Shown here one piece after another: positions 33,827 through 43,119 of a stretch of DNA of 64,000 nucleotides. How positions within the stretch are numbered: position 1 is the first letter of the stretch; each line of letters starts with the position of its first letter. Under the pieces are notes generated by a model, which saw only the letters and a program-made list of their open reading frames with translations, did not search any database and was not told where the DNA came from. The translations under genes were made by a program, and so were the position numbers. The stretch is from Spirochaetia bacterium (GTDB lineage: Bacteria > Spirochaetota > Spirochaetia > SZUA-6 > Bin103), in assembly GCA_965208575.1 (NCBI GenBank), contig CBDBOV010000005.1, forward strand, positions 384,001 through 448,000. The letters are read 5' to 3'.

Positions 33827-34031
33827 CCTCGTGGCTGCCGGAGCGCTGTTGGTATCGTGCTCAATCCCGCTATCGGCATGAGGCACGGAGCCGCACAACT
33901 CAGGTAACAAGAACACGACCGTTAACGGGACTGACTCGGGGAGGGTCAATATGGTAAGCGACCGTCACACCCTCGGGCCAGTCCCCTTTCATTCCCCGCA
34001 CCGTGCCCGACCGCGGTGGTAGGAAACGGGA

Positions 34032-34157
34032 ATGTTGAATACCACCGCCGACACTGGCTACCTGGTCGCAGGGGCCATCGCGCTGCTGGGGATAGCCGCG
34101 GCCCTGCTTGAGGTCTACTGCTTCCGTATCAGGAAGCGGCGACGGCAGCGCCGCTAG
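34032..34157 (+). CDS. Small single-TM protein (41 aa) with a polybasic C-terminus
   Basis: MLNTTADTGYLVAGAIALLGIAAALLEVYCFRIRKRRRQRR; AGGA upstream; below the ORF-track size cutoff. Confidence 0.5.
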   Translation: MLNTTADTGYLVAGAIALLGIAAALLEVYCFRIRKRRRQRR

Positions 34158-34592
34158 CCGGCAAGAGCCGGCGTTACGTGATGAAAATGTCGGGGCACCG
34201 TTGCTGTGGTGAGGGTACGTGAACGTAAGACCTTCTGCCCCTCCCCACGCCGCGGTGCCCCTTGTCTGTGCACCACGCCATGTCCAGCGCCTGGGGTCAG
34301 AACAGGAGGCACGTGGCGGTGGAGGGACGTGAACTCAAGACCCCTTCTGCCCCCTTCCTGCCGCCACCGTGCCTCGCCTCGTGGCAATCCTTCCGCGCCA
34401 TGCCGCCGTCGGACGGCGGCTTTCAACCTCACTCGTCCGTGGCGGACGGCGTGCCGAGACGCTGTCCACCAACCTAATCCCTATTCAGTGTGAACGTCCA
34501 GGGGGTCGACTTGACCGGCTTGACCGGGAAGGAAGGGGGCTTGCGTTTCCGGAACCATGGCGGCGGTGGCTGCATGGCTAGTGGTATCGGGC

Positions 34593-34883
34593 ATGGCGGC
34601 CACTGACAACGCGACCTGGCGGGCGCTGCGGTCCATCGCCGCGGTACCCGATGACGCGTGGTCGCCCCGGGAGGGAGACTGTGCCGAGACGTCTCACCAT
34701 CGCTGGGCGCTCGTGATGTACGTGCACACGAATCCCGGCGGCCGTGTTCAGTTCTGGCGATGTGTCCGTTGCGGGAAACACAAGTTGCAGGCGGTGAACT
34801 CCGGCGAGACCGTCTACGCCGACAGTGACCGGCAGGAGGGCTTGAACCAAGCGAGTGCCGACGTGACCAAGGCCAACCGCTAA
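34593..34883 (+). CDS. Hypothetical protein with C..HH and CxxC motifs, possibly truncated by IS1634
   Basis: DCAETSHHRW...WRCVRCG; its stop codon lies inside the IS end. Confidence 0.4.
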   Translation: MAATDNATWRALRSIAAVPDDAWSPREGDCAETSHHRWALVMYVHTNPGGRVQFWRCVRCGKHKLQAVNSGETVYADSDRQEGLNQASADVTKANR

Positions 34884-36868
34884 GCCGAAGTTCCAGAGCG
34901 GGGATTTTGTTAATTCGTTATTGATCTGAGAATTGCGCTCAACAGCCGATGTCCGTTACTGGCTACACTTGGGCGCTGACCTCCAGGAGATCGAAACAGC
35001 GCTGCTGCAGCGCGGTCGGTTCGCTGTGCATGGTGAACGTGGCGCCGCTGTCCACCATCCGCACGCGGTTGGCCGTCAGCGTCCCCAACTCGCTCATCAG
35101 GCCGCGAAAGCTGTGCACCGGCAGACCGTCGTCGGTGCGCTTGCTCGCCGCCTTCCGGTGTGCCGCCGGTGACCGTTGCGCCGGTTGCACCACCGACTCG
35201 CGCAACTGCTCGCCAGCTGCGGGATCGTGGTCGTCGAACAGCACCGGCGCCAGCTTCCTGCGCATGTGCCACTCCACGTAGTAGGCCAGCATGCACAGGA
35301 ACACGTGCGCCCGCACCCGGTCTGCGCTGCGGTGATAGATCGGTCGCACCTTCAGATCCACCGTCTTCATGCTGCGGAACGCACGTTCCACCTTGGCCAG
35401 GTCCTTGTACGCCGTCACCGTCTGCTCGGCGTCGAACAGCTCCGGCTCCACGTTGGAGCGCACGATGTAGAGCCCGTCCAGTTCTTCCTCGGCCGCGATC
35501 TTGTCCAGATCACGCGCGAACGAGAACGAGTCGTCGGTGATGGTGGTGGTGAAATGCTTGCCCACCTTGTAGTGGTTGATCACCTTGCCCACCCGCAGGC
35601 CGATCGCGCCGGCGCCGCGCAGCGGCTCCTTGGCGCGCTGCGTGGCCGTCACGATCGGCGTCAGTTCCTCCTCCGTGGAGGCCAGCAACGCCTGCCTCTT
35701 GCGCTGCCGTTGCTCGGCCAGGATCGGGTTGCGGCACACGATCAGCCGCTCGCCCGGGAACTCGGGTGAGCTGATCTCCGCCAGGTCACGCTCGTCGAAC
35801 ATGGTCTGCGCCACTTCACCGGCCTTGATCAGCTTGCGGATGGTGGGCGCCCGCAGGGTCGTGATCCAGCGCAGACCGTCGATCCCCTGCAGGTCCTCGC
35901 GGATGCGCGCGCCGGTGAGCATGCCGCGGTCGCCGACCAGCACGACGCGCTGCAAGCCGAAACGGTTGCGAATCTTGTCGACCTGAGCGGCGACCGTCTT
36001 GGGATCGCCGGTGGAGCCTTCGAAGACCTCGACGGCGATGGGGCAGCCGGCGGCGGTACACAGCAGGCCGAACACGATCTGCAAGGTGCCGCGCTTGCCG
36101 TCGCGGCTGTGACCGCGGCGCGCCAACGGGCAGGTGTGTCCCTCGAAGTAACTGGAAGTCAGGTCGTACAACATGAGCGTGTTGTCCTGCAGATGGCGCT
36201 TGGCCAAGCGCTTTTCGATGCCGTGCTGGCGAGCGAGTAGCCAGTCCATGGCGTTGTACAGCTCATTCTCGTCGACGGCTCCCAACTGCAGCAGGTGGCC
36301 GAGGGAGGAGACGGCGCTTTCGGGGTTGAGGCCGCGAGCGGTGGCGAGCTTGGAGCGTGCGTCGACGACGCGAGCGACGATCATGGCGACGACCAGGTCG
36401 CGCTCCCGGGAGGCGGGACGAGCGACGAGGGAATGGAGGGAGAGCTTGCGGAGGGAACCGAGGACGGCGGCGACGTGGCCGTGGGGATAGCTGCGCAAGA
36501 TGGAGAGCAGTTCGTTGGGAGAGCGGAGAGCGATACCGCCGTTGAGGAGGACGCGCAAACCATCGACGAGGTGATCGGGCCACTTGGAGAGGTTGGCGAT
36601 GGTGCGTTTTCGGACCTTGCCGTGCTGGCGGAAGGATTCGCGGAGGAGGACGGCTGGGGGAGAGTTGCGGTTGGGGACGGTGTCGATGTACATGGGCACC
36701 CTTCGGGAAGGAAGAGTAAATCATTTAATGATTGACTGTCAATTAGATGAGAGAAAAAGACCGCTGAAAACAAGGACGATTTACATGGACACGATTTACA
36801 CCCACAAACACGCTAATTCTTGTGATATAAAGTACTTACAAGAACGGGCCCCCAAACTTGGGGCTAAG
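34880..36868 (-). mobile_element. IS1634-family insertion sequence
   Basis: Imperfect terminal inverted repeats CTAAGCCGAAGTT (34880) and AACTTGGGGCTAA (36855-36867) flank the transposase; no target duplication seen. Confidence 0.75.
34963..36693 (-). CDS. IS1634-family DDE transposase
   Basis: MYIDTVPNRNSPPAVLLRES, YDLTSSYFEG, VGDRGM, VERAFRSMKT..L.VRPIYH. Confidence 0.93.
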   Translation of the reverse strand: MYIDTVPNRNSPPAVLLRESFRQHGKVRKRTIANLSKWPDHLVDGLRVLLNGGIALRSPNELLSILRSYPHGHVAAVLGSLRKLSLHSLVARPASRERDLVVAMIVARVVDARSKLATARGLNPESAVSSLGHLLQLGAVDENELYNAMDWLLARQHGIEKRLAKRHLQDNTLMLYDLTSSYFEGHTCPLARRGHSRDGKRGTLQIVFGLLCTAAGCPIAVEVFEGSTGDPKTVAAQVDKIRNRFGLQRVVLVGDRGMLTGARIREDLQGIDGLRWITTLRAPTIRKLIKAGEVAQTMFDERDLAEISSPEFPGERLIVCRNPILAEQRQRKRQALLASTEEELTPIVTATQRAKEPLRGAGAIGLRVGKVINHYKVGKHFTTTITDDSFSFARDLDKIAAEEELDGLYIVRSNVEPELFDAEQTVTAYKDLAKVERAFRSMKTVDLKVRPIYHRSADRVRAHVFLCMLAYYVEWHMRRKLAPVLFDDHDPAAGEQLRESVVQPAQRSPAAHRKAASKRTDDGLPVHSFRGLMSELGTLTANRVRMVDSGATFTMHSEPTALQQRCFDLLEVSAQV

Positions 36869-36973
36869 GCGTCGCGCCCGCGAGCCAGAGTGGGTGGGCG
36901 GTGGCGGCTCGGGGGTTTGTCCTTTGTCTGCTATGCTGCGGTCGTGGTAGAAGCAGGCTATGGCGGGCAACGC

Positions 36974-37621
36974 ATGAGCCCGGAGGCACTGGTGGTGGAG
37001 ACGTTTGCGATCGGGAGCCTGGGGTGCAACTGCTCGCTGGTGTATGAGCGCGACAGCCGGCGGGCGATCGTGATCGATCCCGGCGACGACCCGGAGGCGC
37101 TGCTGCAGGCGGTGGGCGAGCGCGGACTGAAGGTGACGCAACTCCTGCACACGCATGCGCACTTCGATCACATCGGCGGATCGGATGCGGTGAAGCGGCG
37201 GCTGGAAGTGCCGATCCTGCTGCACCGGGACGACGAGGAGCTGTACCGGCGGCTGCAGGAGCAGGGGCTGCTGTTCGGGATTCCCGTTCAGCCGCCGGGC
37301 GAGGTGGATCAATTCATCGAGGAGGGCTTCGAAGTGGCGCTCGGCGGGCGCAAGCTGCTCACCACCATTCACACGCCTGGCCACTCGCCCGGCTCATGCT
37401 GCTTCTACACCGAGGCGCTCGGCGAGCCGCTGCTGTTCGCGGGAGATACCCTGTTCCGCCAGTCGGTGGGCCGCACCGACCTGCCCGGCGGCGACCCCTA
37501 CGCCCTGATCCGGTCGATCAAGCAGCGCTTGTTCGAGTTGCCCGAAGAATCCTACGTGGTGCCGGGACACGGCGAGCACACCACCTTGCACGCCGAGCAA
37601 CGGCTCAACCCGTTCCTGTAG
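36974..37621 (+). CDS. MBL-fold metallo-hydrolase (glyoxalase II/YcbL-like)
   Basis: THAHFDHIG, HTPGHSPG, GDTLF...GRTDLPGG, PGHG. Confidence 0.92.
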   Translation: MSPEALVVETFAIGSLGCNCSLVYERDSRRAIVIDPGDDPEALLQAVGERGLKVTQLLHTHAHFDHIGGSDAVKRRLEVPILLHRDDEELYRRLQEQGLLFGIPVQPPGEVDQFIEEGFEVALGGRKLLTTIHTPGHSPGSCCFYTEALGEPLLFAGDTLFRQSVGRTDLPGGDPYALIRSIKQRLFELPEESYVVPGHGEHTTLHAEQRLNPFL

Positions 37622-37658
37622 CGCGCGCTCTCGCAAGGGTCGCCGGAGGCGTCGGCGG

Positions 37659-38615
37659 TCAGCGCTGCGCGCCGAACTCGCGGTCGAGCTGTTCCCTGGC
37701 GTGCAGCCGGTCGAGGGCGTGTTGTACTTGGTCGAGTTCGTCCGGTTCGAGTTCCGTGCCGGCGGCGTCGAGGCGGCCGAGCTCCGTCTCCAGCTCAGGG
37801 TCCGCACGTGGAATCAACTCCGCCGCCGCCATGCTGTTCAGAGTGGTGTGCGCCTGCTCGGCGATGGTTCGTTCGATGATCCGGTCGCAGGCGGCCAGCC
37901 AGCGTTGCAGTTTCCGCATCGTGTCACGGCCCAGATCCGGCGCATCCAGGCCGCCCGCGCGCCACGTGGCGAGGAGGCGGTTGCCGCGCTCGCGGTGACG
38001 GTGCAGCTCATCGAGCCGCTCGCGCATCTGGCCGTAGCCGGAGCCCTCCGGCGGTGCCGCCACCAGGGGTTGCATCCCGTTGCGCCAGCGGATCAGCTCA
38101 AGCTTGGCCAGCTCGGCGGTATAGCGCCGGATGGCGCGTTCCACCGTGCCTTCCGCCTTGCGCAGGATGGTCAGGAGTTGTCCGGTGGCCGGCGAGCCAT
38201 TCTCGCCGCGCAGGCGGGCGGCCAGCTCGCGCACGTGGCGCCTGGACTGCAGTATCTCGGCCAGCCGTCCCGCCAGGCGCAACTCGCTGCTCTGCAGGGA
38301 AGGTGAGCGGCGCCGCCCCTGCAGGATGGCGGACACCTCGGAGAACAGACCCAATCCCCAGGCCAGGCCGGTGGCGCAGCCGGCAACGCACCCGTACAGC
38401 AGCAGGCTGCTTTCTGGGTGCCGGTAGAACACGCTTCCGCCGAGCACGCCGCCGAGCATGGTCGTGAACACCAGCCACGCGGACCGCTGCCCCCGCCCGG
38501 ACTGAAAGGGCCGGTACACGCCGCAGTCGGTGCAGAACCGATCCGCGCGCGTCACCCAGAAGCCGCAACCGCGGCATTGGCGCCAGAAGCTGTGCCGTTG
38601 GCCGTAGAGCATCAT
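37659..38615 (-). CDS. Hypothetical protein: N-terminal zinc ribbon, two TM helices, coiled coil
   Basis: CRGC...CTDCG, then two hydrophobic segments, then an R/E/L-rich helical region. Confidence 0.7.
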   Translation of the reverse strand: MMLYGQRHSFWRQCRGCGFWVTRADRFCTDCGVYRPFQSGRGQRSAWLVFTTMLGGVLGGSVFYRHPESSLLLYGCVAGCATGLAWGLGLFSEVSAILQGRRRSPSLQSSELRLAGRLAEILQSRRHVRELAARLRGENGSPATGQLLTILRKAEGTVERAIRRYTAELAKLELIRWRNGMQPLVAAPPEGSGYGQMRERLDELHRHRERGNRLLATWRAGGLDAPDLGRDTMRKLQRWLAACDRIIERTIAEQAHTTLNSMAAAELIPRADPELETELGRLDAAGTELEPDELDQVQHALDRLHAREQLDREFGAQR

Positions 38616-38800
38616 CCGATCCCGAAGAAGTAGAGGTGATGCAGTATAGGGCAGCGAACCCGCCGCGCCAACCTGCTCCGCTACCGTCGGCTACCACTTG
38701 CCACCGTACCGCTACCGTCCCATGCGCCGTCGTCGATCAATTGAATGCAATTGCCCGCACCCGCCTGATACGGCAATGATACGGTAAAATGAGGTTGCCG

Positions 38801-39295
38801 ATGCGTCGTATAGCCGTCGTTCTCTTTGCCGCCGTCTCCGGTGTGACCTTCGCCGAAGGACCCGGCGTTGCACTCGGTTACCAGTTTGTTCCCCTCTTGC
38901 CGGCCGGACTTTCGCTGTCGCTGCTCGACACGTTCGGGCTCCTCGGTGTCGAGGCCACAATCAACGCGGGTGGCAGCCGTGATGACGGGGCGCGGGCGGC
39001 CCGGTTCTCGGGCTCGCTCGGCGCCAACCTGGCCACCCCGATCAATCTCTACCCAAGCCTCGCCGTCAGCTTTCAGAACAATCGCCGGTGGCGCGAGGGT
39101 GACCTGATCGAGCGACGGACGGTGTGGGGACTGGACGTCAAGCTTACCGGCTACGTCTACTCCTGGATCGGAATCACCGTCGGCTACCGCGCGCCGTTCG
39201 GCCAACCCCTCGACGGATCCCTGATCCTCGGCGCCTCCCTGGTTCTGCTGCGCCAGGACGTCCGTCAGACCGCGGCCTGCAACCCACCATGCTGA
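38801..39295 (+). CDS. Exported hypothetical protein, possibly a small outer-membrane beta-barrel
   Basis: Signal peptide MRRIAVVLFAAVSGVTFA; alternating amphipathic strands (IGITVGYR, LILGASLVL). Confidence 0.6.
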   Translation: MRRIAVVLFAAVSGVTFAEGPGVALGYQFVPLLPAGLSLSLLDTFGLLGVEATINAGGSRDDGARAARFSGSLGANLATPINLYPSLAVSFQNNRRWREGDLIERRTVWGLDVKLTGYVYSWIGITVGYRAPFGQPLDGSLILGASLVLLRQDVRQTAACNPPC

Positions 39296-39392
39296 ATCCT
39301 CAACATCGCCGACGTTGTTGACAACGACCGCTACGCGGGCATCGCCCAGCCACGTTCCAGGGCTTATTCTGGAGCCCGGCTGCGCTTCCCGG

Positions 39393-39494
39393 TACGCGAA
39401 GTGCGGGGATATTGCAATCGCCATTTCGTGAATTCGCGAAATTGACATCGAGCCTCGTGTCGGCGATTGGGGTCGATGCAGTTGATTTCGCGAA
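39393..39494. promoter_or_regulatory. TTCGYGAA motif cluster next to a TTGACA hexamer upstream of LytTR paralog 3
   Basis: TTCGTGAA 39425, TTCGCGAA 39433 and 39487, TACGCGAA 39393; TTGACA 39442-39447. Confidence 0.58.
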
Positions 39495-40339
39495 GCGGGT
39501 GCGTCACGATGGTGCGCGAGTGGTGGGACTCAAGCTGCACGACGTGAATTTGCCGGCACGCGGCGCGATGCGATCGGTGTACCAGGAGATGCTGAGCCGT
39601 CCAGCTATCCTGATCGCCATCGTCATGTTGGCCGTGGCCGCGTGCGCGGTGCTCGGGCCGATGGGGACCTATGATGCGCTTACCGCGGGGCAGCGCTTGG
39701 CGTTCGGTGCGTTGTACGCGGTTCTCGGCTGGCCTCTCGGTTACGCGGCAGTCGTGGTGGCGGCATACTTCTTGCGCCGCCAATCTGCGCTGACGATGGC
39801 CGTGACGCTGACGGCGGTGGCGCTGTTCGTGTCCTTGCCATGTACTGCGGTCGTGCACACGGTAGAAACGCTGGCGCATCCGCACTATTCCGCGTCCGCC
39901 GGCCTGACGCGGTTGTACGTTCAGGTGGCGACGGTAGCGGTGGTGTACGACCTTCTGTTTCTGTACTTGGTGTACGTGCGCACCAGGCACGGCCACGCGC
40001 TGGCGGCGGCTCGAGTTTCCAACACCAACAACGCCGTCACGGCCGCTCCTCCCGCCGGCGAGCCGGTCGACCAGGATGGGGCTGGCTCCGCGACATCTCC
40101 GGCGTTCACTTCCGCCGCCACCGGAGGTGCGAGCGCGTCCTCGGACGCCGGTGGCGCCGCGATCGGTAGGCGCCGCGAGCCGGACGCGGCACCCGCTCAT
40201 CGGCACCCGGAGCCGGGGCGCAGCTCGCGGGAACTGGACGGTACGCGGGACGACCGGGGCGAAGGCGTCTCGGAGTCGCCGCTTGCAGAGCTTGGCAGCG
40301 ACGTGATCTTCCTCAAGAGCTATCCCACCGGCCCCTGGG

Positions 40340-40560
40340 CCGGCGCAGTCATGAAAGAAACAAGGGTGAGCTATAGTGTGGGCAGAGTTCTGGGTGGAGC
40401 GCGAAAGTAGGCCGGCGCGTCACTGGCGTTACGTTCTGCGAACCCGTTCAAGAGCTTGGCCCCGGGGCGGGTGGCGTAGTCATTGGTGAGGTTGTCAGCC
40501 GGCGCGGCCGGGTGGCGATCATCCCGTTCAGGAGAATACCTGCTACACACGCCTTGGCCG
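40340..40560 (-). ncRNA. Putative IS110 bridge RNA (ends and strand inferred)
   Basis: Segments match donor and target sequences on both sides of the core; duplicated AGTCAT and CCCGTTCARGAG motifs. Confidence 0.55.
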
Positions 40561-40586
40561 CACCACTCAGTCGTAGCGGAGGTTTC

Positions 40587-41975
40587 ATGGCACGACGCAG
40601 ACACAGACGCAAGGGCAAGGGCAGTCGCACAGCGCAACCAAAGGTGATGCACCCGGACGCTGCCGGCTTGGACATAGGCGCTACCGAGGTGTACGCGGCT
40701 GTGCGCCCGGAGCGCGACCCGGACCCGATCCGGAACTTTGCTACGTTCACCGCGGACCTGCACGCCTTGGCCGACTGGCTCAAGGAATGCGAGGTCACCA
40801 CGGTGGCGATGGAGTCCACCGGTGTGTACTGGATTCCGGTGTATCAGATCCTGGAGGCACACGGCTTCGACGTGGTGCTGGTGAATGCGCGTCACGTGCA
40901 CTCGGTACCCGGTCGGAAGTCCGACGTGGCCGACTGCGAGTGGTTGCGCTACCTGCACTCGGTGGGATTGCTGCGCGGCTCATTCCGCCCTGCCGACGAG
41001 GTGTGTGCACTGCGCTCGGTGCTGCGCCATCGCGACACCTTGATCAAGATGGCGTCGCGCAGCGTGTTGCACATGCAGAAGGCGTACAGCCAGATGAACG
41101 TGCATCTGCACCATGCCATCTCTGACCTGACGGGGACGACCGGTCTGGCCATTACGGACGCTATCCTGGCGGGTGAGCGGGATCCGGCGCGGTTGGCCGC
41201 TCTGGCCGACCGGCGGATCAAAGCCAGCCGCGAGACCTTGATCAAGGCGCTGCAGGGCGACTGGCGCGCCGAGCACCTGTTGGCGTTGCGGCACGCGCGA
41301 GCGACCTATGCCCACTACCAACAACTCATCACGGAGTGCGATCAGGAAATCGAAGCCGGCATCCGCGCGTTCGAAGCCAGCAGCGAGCCACCCGGCGCGG
41401 TGGGCGACGACCCACCGGATGAGGGAATCGATGCGGAGCCCGAGGCGCCAACCGAGTCACCGGCCAAGCGGTTCGACCTGCGCGGCCACCTTACGCACCT
41501 GTTCGGCACTGACCTGACGCTGATTCCCGGCATCGGCGAAAGTACGGCGCTGGTTCTGTTCACCGAACTCGGCCCGGAACTGTCCCGCTTTCCGACCGCA
41601 CCGCAATTCGCCTCCTGGCTGCACCTGTGCCCCCACAACCAGATCACCGGCGGCAAGATCATCAGCTCGCACACCGGTCGGGGCACCAATCGGGCCGCCC
41701 AGGCGCTGCACTGGGCGACCCAGTCGTTGTACCGCAGCCCATCGGCCCTGGGCCAGCACTTCCGCCGCATGCGGGCGCGTCTGGGTACTCCCGAAGCGAC
41801 CACTGCAGTCGCGCATAAACTGGCTCGGATCATCTACCATCTGATCACGCATCGCGTGGCCTACGATGACAGCATCCTCGCCGCCGAGGAGCGCCAGGAC
41901 CGGCGCCGCTTTGAACGCCGGCTCCGAAGGCAGGCACACGCACTCGGTTATGAGCTTGTCCCGGAGGCCGCCTGA
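40587..41975 (+). CDS. IS110-family DEDD recombinase/transposase
   Basis: GLDIG, MESTGVYW, RKSDVADC, IPGIG, ITGGK, AHKLARIIY; GGAGG RBS. Confidence 0.93.
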   Translation: MARRRHRRKGKGSRTAQPKVMHPDAAGLDIGATEVYAAVRPERDPDPIRNFATFTADLHALADWLKECEVTTVAMESTGVYWIPVYQILEAHGFDVVLVNARHVHSVPGRKSDVADCEWLRYLHSVGLLRGSFRPADEVCALRSVLRHRDTLIKMASRSVLHMQKAYSQMNVHLHHAISDLTGTTGLAITDAILAGERDPARLAALADRRIKASRETLIKALQGDWRAEHLLALRHARATYAHYQQLITECDQEIEAGIRAFEASSEPPGAVGDDPPDEGIDAEPEAPTESPAKRFDLRGHLTHLFGTDLTLIPGIGESTALVLFTELGPELSRFPTAPQFASWLHLCPHNQITGGKIISSHTGRGTNRAAQALHWATQSLYRSPSALGQHFRRMRARLGTPEATTAVAHKLARIIYHLITHRVAYDDSILAAEERQDRRRFERRLRRQAHALGYELVPEAA

Positions 41976-42245
41976 TTGTTGTTTCTCAGGAGTGAGGACC
42001 ACTATGTCCAGGTGCGGACTTCGGCGGGCTCGGCGCTGATCAAGATGCGGTTTGCGGAGGCCATCGCGGAGCTCGGCAGTGCGGGAATCCAGGTGCACCG
42101 TTCCTACTGGGTTGCTTTCCACCACATGAGGGGATTGACGAAGCGCGACCGGAAGCTGATGTTGCGGCTGAGCGGCGACCACCTCGTGCCGATAAGTGCC
42201 CGCCACCGTGTCGCGGTTCAATCGGCATTGCAATCGCCGAAGCAG

Positions 42246-42300
42246 GGCGTGAATTCGTCAGATTAGCGTCCGGAAGCAGCGAATTTCGCGAATTCGCTGC
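42246..42300. promoter_or_regulatory. TTCGYGAA motif cluster upstream of the pentapeptide-repeat gene
   Basis: GCGTGAATTCGTCA near 42247 and GCGAATTTCGCGAATTCGC (perfect copy at 42285). Confidence 0.5.
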
Positions 42301-42374
42301 TGGTCGATGCAGACCGAAGCGCCTCACGCTTGCGGTCTCACCAATGGAGGCCATGCGTTGCCGATAATACTGGC

Positions 42375-42938
42375 ATGATGTGCGACAATGTTCGTTGCGG
42401 AGTTGTTCGTTGCGGAGTTCGTTGCGGATTGCTGATCCCGGTTCTGATTGTGTTCGGCGCGGCGCTTGGCGAGACGCAGACCCTTGACTGCGTTCCGGAT
42501 TGCCGCGGTGCAGACCTGGCAAACGCAAGCCTGGCGAATCTGAATCTGAACCGTGTTGACCTGGTCAATGCCGACCTGACCGACGCCGATCTGACGGGGG
42601 TGTCTCTGGTGGGAGCCGACCTGACCGGTGCTTCGCTGTTCTGCGCGACTCTGGTCGACGTCGACCTCACCGCCGCAACCCTGACCCGTGCCGACCTGCG
42701 GAAGGTGGACCTCTCCGGCAAGGGCGGCCCGCCTGCTACCTTGATTCGTGCCGATCTCACGGGCGCTGACCTCAGTAATGCGAATCTCAACGGCGCCGAC
42801 CTCCGAGGAGCGGACTTGAGCTACGTGAACTTGACCGACGCGTACCTCGGCAGCGCTATCCTGAACGGCGCGACCATGATAGACACGATCGGGTGCGACG
42901 ACAGTCGGCGGCTTCCCGGCTGCTACCCGGGCTCATAA
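42375..42938 (+). CDS. Exported pentapeptide-repeat protein
   Basis: Hydrophobic signal segment, CVPDC, many A(D/N)Lxx repeats, C-terminal Cys pair. Confidence 0.85.
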   Translation: MMCDNVRCGVVRCGVRCGLLIPVLIVFGAALGETQTLDCVPDCRGADLANASLANLNLNRVDLVNADLTDADLTGVSLVGADLTGASLFCATLVDVDLTAATLTRADLRKVDLSGKGGPPATLIRADLTGADLSNANLNGADLRGADLSYVNLTDAYLGSAILNGATMIDTIGCDDSRRLPGCYPGS

Positions 42939-43119
42939 GTGCGTTTCGGGTGCCGGTCAACGGACCGGGGCGCAATGCAAAAGCCGCCGGGGTGACGATA
43001 ACCGGCTTGTGCAACAACCCGGGGCCCCGGCGGCAAGTTTTTCTCGTGCAGCCAATCGTGGGCGAAACGCTGAATTCGGTGAGTGCTCCGGCGATCGCCG
43101 CGGCAAAGATAGCAACCCA

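Larger units (their letters stand above)
40316..41988 (+). mobile_element. IS110-family element inserted at a CTCA core
   Basis: CTCA at both junctions (40312-40315 and 41985-41988); about 270-bp non-coding left end; very short right end. Confidence 0.88.
39568..42266 (+). pseudogene. Membrane-anchored LytTR regulator, paralog 3, interrupted by IS110
   Basis: Removing 40316-41988 restores the frame: ...SDVIFL-R-SEDHYVQVRT...GIQVHRSYWV. Confidence 0.9.

Noticed and set aside
40356-41986. AGAAACAA / TTGTTTCT as IS1111-type subterminal inverted repeats
   Set aside because: Placement is strongly asymmetric (about 40 bp from the left end, adjacent to the right end), and the long non-coding region is upstream; a guide role fits better but is not proven.
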